A stretch of DNA of 63,750 nucleotides, the filler included, from Aduncisulcus paluster (lineage: Eukaryota): NCBI GenBank assembly GCA_024181965.1. It is 4 parts of 4 records of this genome, joined end to end, with 100 filler letters (N's around TTAATTAATTAA, not from the genome) between each part and the next. Parts side by side here need not be neighbours in the genome. Positions count along the whole stretch, not along the records: positions 52,024 to 59,143 come from BQXS01010999.1; positions 59,244 to 63,750 come from BQXS01011041.1; 2 more parts are not named here. One strand, given 5' to 3'. The notes under the pieces are model-generated. The model saw nothing but the letters and a program-made list of their open reading frames with translations. It made no database searches and had not been told where the DNA came from. Of this stretch, positions 58,141 through 63,750 are shown in pieces; the stretch's first letter is position 1; each line of letters begins with the position of its first letter. The translations under genes and the position numbers were made by a program.

Positions 58141-58444
58141 TGTTCCAGAAGTAAAATAATTTCTAGACAAGTGGTCTCGGAGAAAAACCAAAACCATCAA
58201 TATCTTGAGCTGTACATCATGGAAATGAAAGGCTAATGCAATAATACAAATTAATTTATAAGTAATAATTGTTTTTTTCATCTAGTATTTCATTTTCGTA
58301 TGATATCTCGTGTTAGAAGAAATATTAGAATCTAAGCTTAGTATCAATTAAGAAATTATGATCCTATTATTTCACTGGATAAAGGTTTATTAATATTTAT
58401 ATTATGTGGTAGATTACCTTCATTCTGGAGATTTTTTTTGACTC

Positions 58445-58860
58445 TCTTATTTCAGAATCCCCTTGTCTGAGTCAATATTCTTATAGGTAAAATAGATAAT
58501 ATTAAACGAAAACTCGGGAATAGCGATTGGCTCCTTGTTGAATTGGCCAAAGCCACAGAGCCCAAATAAAAACTGTTACCATCCGTGTTATGAGGAGGGT
58601 GTTGTTGTCAATAACACCATAACATAAATATTGAATAGAATTTCATTGTATTGACTTGTCTTTTGTTTTTTTCATCTGTTTTGAGAGAGAAACGTAGAAA
58701 CTTTAAGAAACACTCCTAACCCGAAATCCCCTTGTCTGAGTCTATTATGGACAATTAATTTCCCAAATAAATCATGTCGAGATACCCCAATCAACACCAA
58801 TGTGAGCGATCATTGTCTTGTTGTAATCCAACGATTTTGGCAAAATCTCATTTTACACCG
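58445..58860 (-). pseudogene. Two decayed tandem gene fragments sharing an 18-bp identical core (58456-58473, 58725-58742)
   Basis: Minus-strand translations FNKEPIAIPEFSFNIIYFTYKNIDSDKGILK* and YNKTMIAH...IDSDKGISG*, with stops and frameshifts. Confidence 0.45.
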
Positions 58861-59085
58861 CCTTGCAAGCCATAAAATAGTATCTTGATGGAAGTTGTCT
58901 TATTAATATACATTCATGGTACTATTCTGATGATAAATTTCGGTTGAACCCTTGCTCTGCCCGTGTCAATCATTTCAAACCAATCATCTGCAATCCGAAC
59001 AGAAAATCAATCTGATCGATTTTGAATCGTCAACTCTTTCTTTTCCTTGCAACTCTATAACCAGCACAAAAAAAACAACCTTAAA

Positions 59086-59143
59086 ATGGGAAACACCTTT
59101 TCATCTTGCAGTGGTAAAACTAAAGCTATTGATGCTAAACCCG
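59086..59143 (+). CDS. 5' end of a gene truncated by the scaffold end, with an N-myristoylation-type start
   Basis: MGNTFSSCSGKTKAIDAKP after an A-rich leader (Gly2, Ser6, Cys8). Confidence 0.45.
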
Positions 59144-59243
59144 NNNNNNNNNNNNNNNNNNNNNNNNNNNNNNNNNNNNNNNNNNNNTTAATTAATTAAN
59201 NNNNNNNNNNNNNNNNNNNNNNNNNNNNNNNNNNNNNNNNNNN
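59144..59243. other. Artificial scaffold linker N44-TTAATTAATTAA-N44
   Basis: Same as at 25499. Confidence 0.95.
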
Positions 59244-61931
59244 CACACCTCTAGGAACTTCGAAGCAATAAGAATCCCCCTGTACATGGGTATATCCAAT
59301 CTTTGTCGATCTAAGCTGTTTTGAGGCAGAACCAAGCTCATCTTTGAACTTGGAACGTAAATTATCCAACTTGTTTTGACATTTCAATACCTTTTTAATG
59401 TGAAGAACAAGAGGTGAAAAAAAGGGATTTCTTTTGGCAAGACTCAAACTCTTTTCATCTATCTCCCCACCGACACTTTTCGTTGTATTTTTTATGATAT
59501 TCCCATCTTTATCCTGTTTCTTCAAGAAAAAGGATAATGCAGAAGAGAGAGATTCGTAAGAAACCGATTTGTTCGAGTCAATAACATTAAATAGACAAAA
59601 TATACTAGAAATAACATTACTAATGTATTCACAATCTTCAAGCTGACACATAGTAGCAATCAAACTTAAAGGATGCTCAGGAATAGAGATACGTGAATTG
59701 GATTTTAATTCAGAATTAAATTCGAGAATTCCTTCGAGGATAATTGAAACCTTAGCAGATACACGCAACAAGATAGAAGAAGCTTGAAGGAAATCAAGGG
59801 GATTAATGGAACAGGAAGCTGAAGAACCAACCAACTTGGCACCATCCCATGCCTTCGTGATTTTGAGCAAATCATCAAGACATTTCAGAATATAGTTATG
59901 TTTTCCCGTGAATGTCATTTTAACATCGTCTGAGCATTGTTTAGACACTGTATTATTAATGAACTCACGAGAGAGGCAGTTATAAGCGTTCTGTTTCCTC
60001 TTGATTTCAAGTACATCTGTATGTGGACGTTGTAGCCAGAGAGCAACTTCCCTCTTCCCAACAATACTCGAACATAGGTCGCCAATGGATGCATTCAAAG
60101 ACAAGGAAGAGGATGAGAGAGGATGGAACAGCTCTAGAGAAGCACTCGTAGAGGCATTGAGATGGAGATATTGTGATTTGACAGGAGATTTCAACACTGT
60201 TCCATTTTTCTGATCAGTGTCTTCTTTACCCCATTGTTTAAGTCTATTTTTAGAACGATCCATGATACAAACGCAAAGACAGCCCCTTCCGACCCCTCCG
60301 TAGGGCTCAAGCCAATCCCACAACGTACACAAGAGAGGTGCCAATAGATGAACGGGAAGAGCCCCATGGAGTGTAGGGGGAAGTCTAGCAGTGAGAAGAG
60401 TAGAGATTGATGAATCATGAATATCGGTCACAGAAACATGTTCCCCACCATTACCTACATCCTTCTTCTCACACTGATCGACATACTGAGTGTATATTTT
60501 CGATTCTTTTTGTGAATAAACACTGATGCCCAACTCTGAACCAACTGAAGAAACGAGAGACACAAGCCAAGGAGAAGATGAACACAACAACATCTCTCCA
60601 CACCCATTAATAGAAACAAAGTACCGAATAAATTCAGAGAATGAAGATATCGAAGCGTCAGAGAGGTTGTCAGAATCTTCACACAGAACACCGTTACATG
60701 TAGCAAATTCTGTCTCGACAATGCCCACATTCATACTGACGAGTATGAGTCGCACTTCTCCCTTGTGAAATTCAGAATATGATACACACAACAATGGGGG
60801 TGGAGAAATAGCGAGAGAGTTGGAATTAAGATCAGATGGAAGGAACAAACTCTTTGAATATAGAGCAATCAAATCCCTCTCAAATAGTCCACTTTTCTTT
60901 CCACTACTTCCTTCACCCGCTTGTTTCATAAGTCTACTCTCTGTTTGACCAATTACTCCCACCCTATTGCCCTTGGCAACAAGCCTCCCAGCATGGTACT
61001 CAATCCTTTGCACTGGAATGGAACTATTGAGGAAATTCTTTCCCATTCCACACCATATTCCAAGATCTTTGGAAACAGTCAGCGCATCTTTTCCACAAAA
61101 TCTATATTTATATCCACATTCAATCGCCAAAAGAATATCAGGATACTTTTCTTTAAGGGACACAAATTGTTTTTCAAAAGGGGTCAAATATCGTGTATTT
61201 GAAGGAATATTAACACCCTCCGTAATAACTTCCTCCTCATCATCATCACCACCTTTTCGCATGCGCATTGTCCGAATGGTTGTGCTATCAGTAAGTTTCT
61301 TAAGTTTCTTTCTGGCCTTTTCATCACGAGACATGATAATATCAGTGCCAGAAGCAAAAGAATTCAGTGGAGATTTCGTATTTTGACCCATAGGAAGTTC
61401 AATATCAGGAGCAAATTCAATATCAACGCTATCTTCACGGTCTTGTTCCATTTTTCTTCTTTTTTTCTCATGAACCTCCAATCTAACAGCATCTTCAAGA
61501 TCATTTTCCTCCTCTTCCTCCTCATTAAAGGCATCAGGATCAAACTCAGATTCTTCATCAAATTCGGACTCTTCAGAGGAACTTTCCTCGGAATCCTCCT
61601 CTGATGAATCATTCGAATCGATGACAACCGATTCTGTCCGCGACGACGCTTTAAATCGAGCTACAGGTGGAATATGAGCAGTTGGATGTTCACCTTCAAT
61701 TTCACCCATTTCAAAAGGTTGTTCTGAAAGATCTTTTTCAGTTTGCACTTCTTCTATTTCTTTTTCCTTTTGAACATGCACTTTTTTCACAATTTCATTT
61801 GCGTTTGCCCTTGTAATACTTGGTTTTTTGTGGGGGTCTTTTTTCAAATGAGATTTTGAAGATCGTCGCTTCTTTGTTGCTTTAGGCGATATTGTAAAGA
61901 AATCTAAGAGCGAACCATCCCCAAGGGTCAT
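59244..61931 (-). CDS. MSH3: DNA mismatch repair protein MSH3, 3'-truncated before the ATPase domain
   Basis: LTPFEKQF..YPDILLAIECGYKYRF, SSIPVQR, RVGVIGQTE and LFERDLIALYSKS are MSH3-type domain I motifs; PIP-like SLLDFF at the N-terminus. Confidence 0.88.
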
Positions 61932-62066
61932 TCAGAACGAACCAAAACGGATTTTGAAAAGAAAGTGAATTTTTGATCCACTAAAAGCAATTCCAGAATT
62001 TTATTGTGATTATTCTCTTTTGTAGCTTTATATTTATTTTAATTCTCTGGTTAATAGATCAATAAT

Positions 62067-63750
62067 ATGGATCCTACACATGACTCTTGTGTTTCGGATC
62101 AACAGAGCCAAAGTAAGATACTGATTACTTCTGAAAGATTACATAGAGACTTAAAACATCTTGATAAACAAAAATATTCCAGCGGAATTAATAGACAGAA
62201 GCTCCTTCGAATTTTAAAATCTTGGAACAAAGAACACTTCCCTATTGGTGAAACTGCTACAACTCCAGAAGATTGGCGTATAATTGATGGATCTAACCTT
62301 AAATGGATTCTGAAAGAGCGTGAGAAAAGACGCCAAGACATCGAAGAAGTGCATTCCACTCGGCTATCTGTTCAACGAAAAGCCAACAAAAGCACTGCTT
62401 CAAAAATTAAACCTCTTCCAATTGATAAGTCCCTCACTGATTCACGAATGGAACATATTTTCCGTGTTGAATATTCAAAACTATTGGATAGAGAAAAAGA
62501 GAGAACTCGGCTCAAAAGTCGTGAAAAATTACATATTCAGGGCGATTCCTCAGATAATCAGATTTGGCCAGATGGGACAGATGATAGTAGAGTATCGGGG
62601 TTTGATTCTTCAATTCCAATTATTGAATTCTCAGATAGTTCAATGGCCATCGAAGCTTCAAAAGAAATCGATGATACTGAATCTTATAAACAAGATAATG
62701 ATTCTTCTAATCCTTGTCACACTGACACCGATGTCACAACGTCAAAGAACGTTATGACATTCGGTCATGATAATAAGGCAATCCTATTCCATCCCTTGCA
62801 TAATCCCACCCTGCAGAAAGATTTATCCTTGTGTTTACAAGACGTTAAACACACCACTCCCCAACTCTCCTCTCATAAATCTCCACATCCCATTCTTCGC
62901 CTGGTCGATAGACCCCCAACCCCTCCTTTAGTGCCCCAAGTGTTCTCTTCACTCTCATTGGCTCTTTCCAACCTAAAAATAGCCATTCTTTCTCACTGTT
63001 CTCTCACATCCATTCCAATAATTCGATCTCCATCTCTGATTTGGCTCGATGTCAGTGATAATCTAATCCATGATATTTGTATCTGTGGTGAAACCCCCTG
63101 TATGTGTCTATCTTGGCAAGAAAAACAGAAAACGCATAAAAAAACACAAATATCGGCATCTGCTAAGAAAATATCTCCACTAGTCACTGAAGGAAAGTCT
63201 ACTATAGTCAATCAAGAGACTTCAGATGATGAACCTCCCATGTTCCCACCTCTGTCTTCCCCAAATCCCCCATTTCTCCCCTCTTCCTTACCCATGTCCT
63301 CCCTCCGAGTTCTTTTGCTTCATCGGAATAAGATAGGATCTATTCGTGAAGTTGAGAAACTCTCATCTCTGACGAAACTATCCTGTCTTTCTCTCTCTTC
63401 AAATCCGTTAAGCCGCTCTCATCTCCATTCAACCAAGAAACCAATGCCCAATCTCTCAAGCCTCTCAAAACAACAACATATCTCCATCTCTCGTCCATTG
63501 CCTGTCCTTGCTTACCGTCGGGCGAGTTCTTTTGCTTCATCGGAATAAGATAGGATCTATTCGTGAAGTTGAGAAACTCTCATCTCTGACGAAACTATCC
63601 TGTCTTTCTCTCTCTTCAAATCCGTTAAGCCGCTCTCATCTCCATTCAACCAAGAAACCAATGCCCAATCTCTCAAGCCTCTCAAAACAACAACATATCT
63701 CCATCTCTCGTCCATTGCCTGTCCTTGCTTACCGTCGGGCTGTTCTTTTG
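62067..63750 (+). CDS. Leucine-rich repeat protein (SDS22/U2A'-type), disrupted by a 217-bp duplication and running off the window
   Basis: LKIAILSHCSL, LIWLDVSDNLI, LRVLLLHRNKI, LSCLSLSSNPL and an LRRcap-like YRRAVLL in the second copy. Confidence 0.75.
63306..63739 (+). repeat. 217-bp direct tandem duplication (63306-63522 = 63523-63739)
   Basis: Read directly; no N gap at the junction. Confidence 0.9.

Noticed and set aside
58452..58473. C/D snoRNA guide (near-complement of LSU rRNA GACAAGGGGAAUCUGA followed by CTGA), or an LRQGD reverse-transcriptase motif on the minus strand
   Set aside because: No upstream box C and no flanking RT motifs (LSP, YADD); a decayed coding duplicate explains it better.
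1..63750. Alternative genetic code (TAA/TAG read as Gln, as in hexamitid diplomonads)
   Set aside because: Conserved genes such as RPL17, UTP3 and DDX18 have uninterrupted standard-code frames and end at TAA/TAG where expected.

Overview
Gene-dense, intron-poor DNA from a flagellated eukaryote using the standard genetic code. Gene content, GTATGT introns and a distinctive repeated-domain family suggest a free-living fornicate such as Aduncisulcus; this is inference from recall, not a database result. The window is four scaffolds joined by artificial N44-TTAATTAATTAA-N44 linkers (25499, 51924, 59144), so synteny across those points means nothing. Three 20-N gaps carry artefactual flank duplications. 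Recognisable genes: RFC2 C-terminus, an SPFH protein, an asteroid/PIN nuclease, KATNIP, DCN1-like, SAS10/UTP3, a large USP, a VWA protein, VPS11, a MATE transporter, a multi-EF-hand protein, SF-assemblin-like, RPL17, CYTH/TTM, DDX18/HAS1, CWC2, CIB-like, MSH3 and an LRR protein. Four spliceosomal introns missed by the ORF track were resolved. Most interesting: (1) non-coding DNA repeatedly carries chained fold-back palindromes with a 1-nt centre, including at a lesion inside an alpha-tubulin pseudogene, suggesting a hairpin or template-switch repair footprint; (2) a spliced pseudo-GTPase fused to two PFU-like domains; (3) a cluster of intact, frameshifted and decayed members of an uncharacterised tandem jelly-roll-like domain family; (4) a very divergent CaaX small GTPase. 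No CRISPR, rRNA, tRNA or intact transposon was seen.
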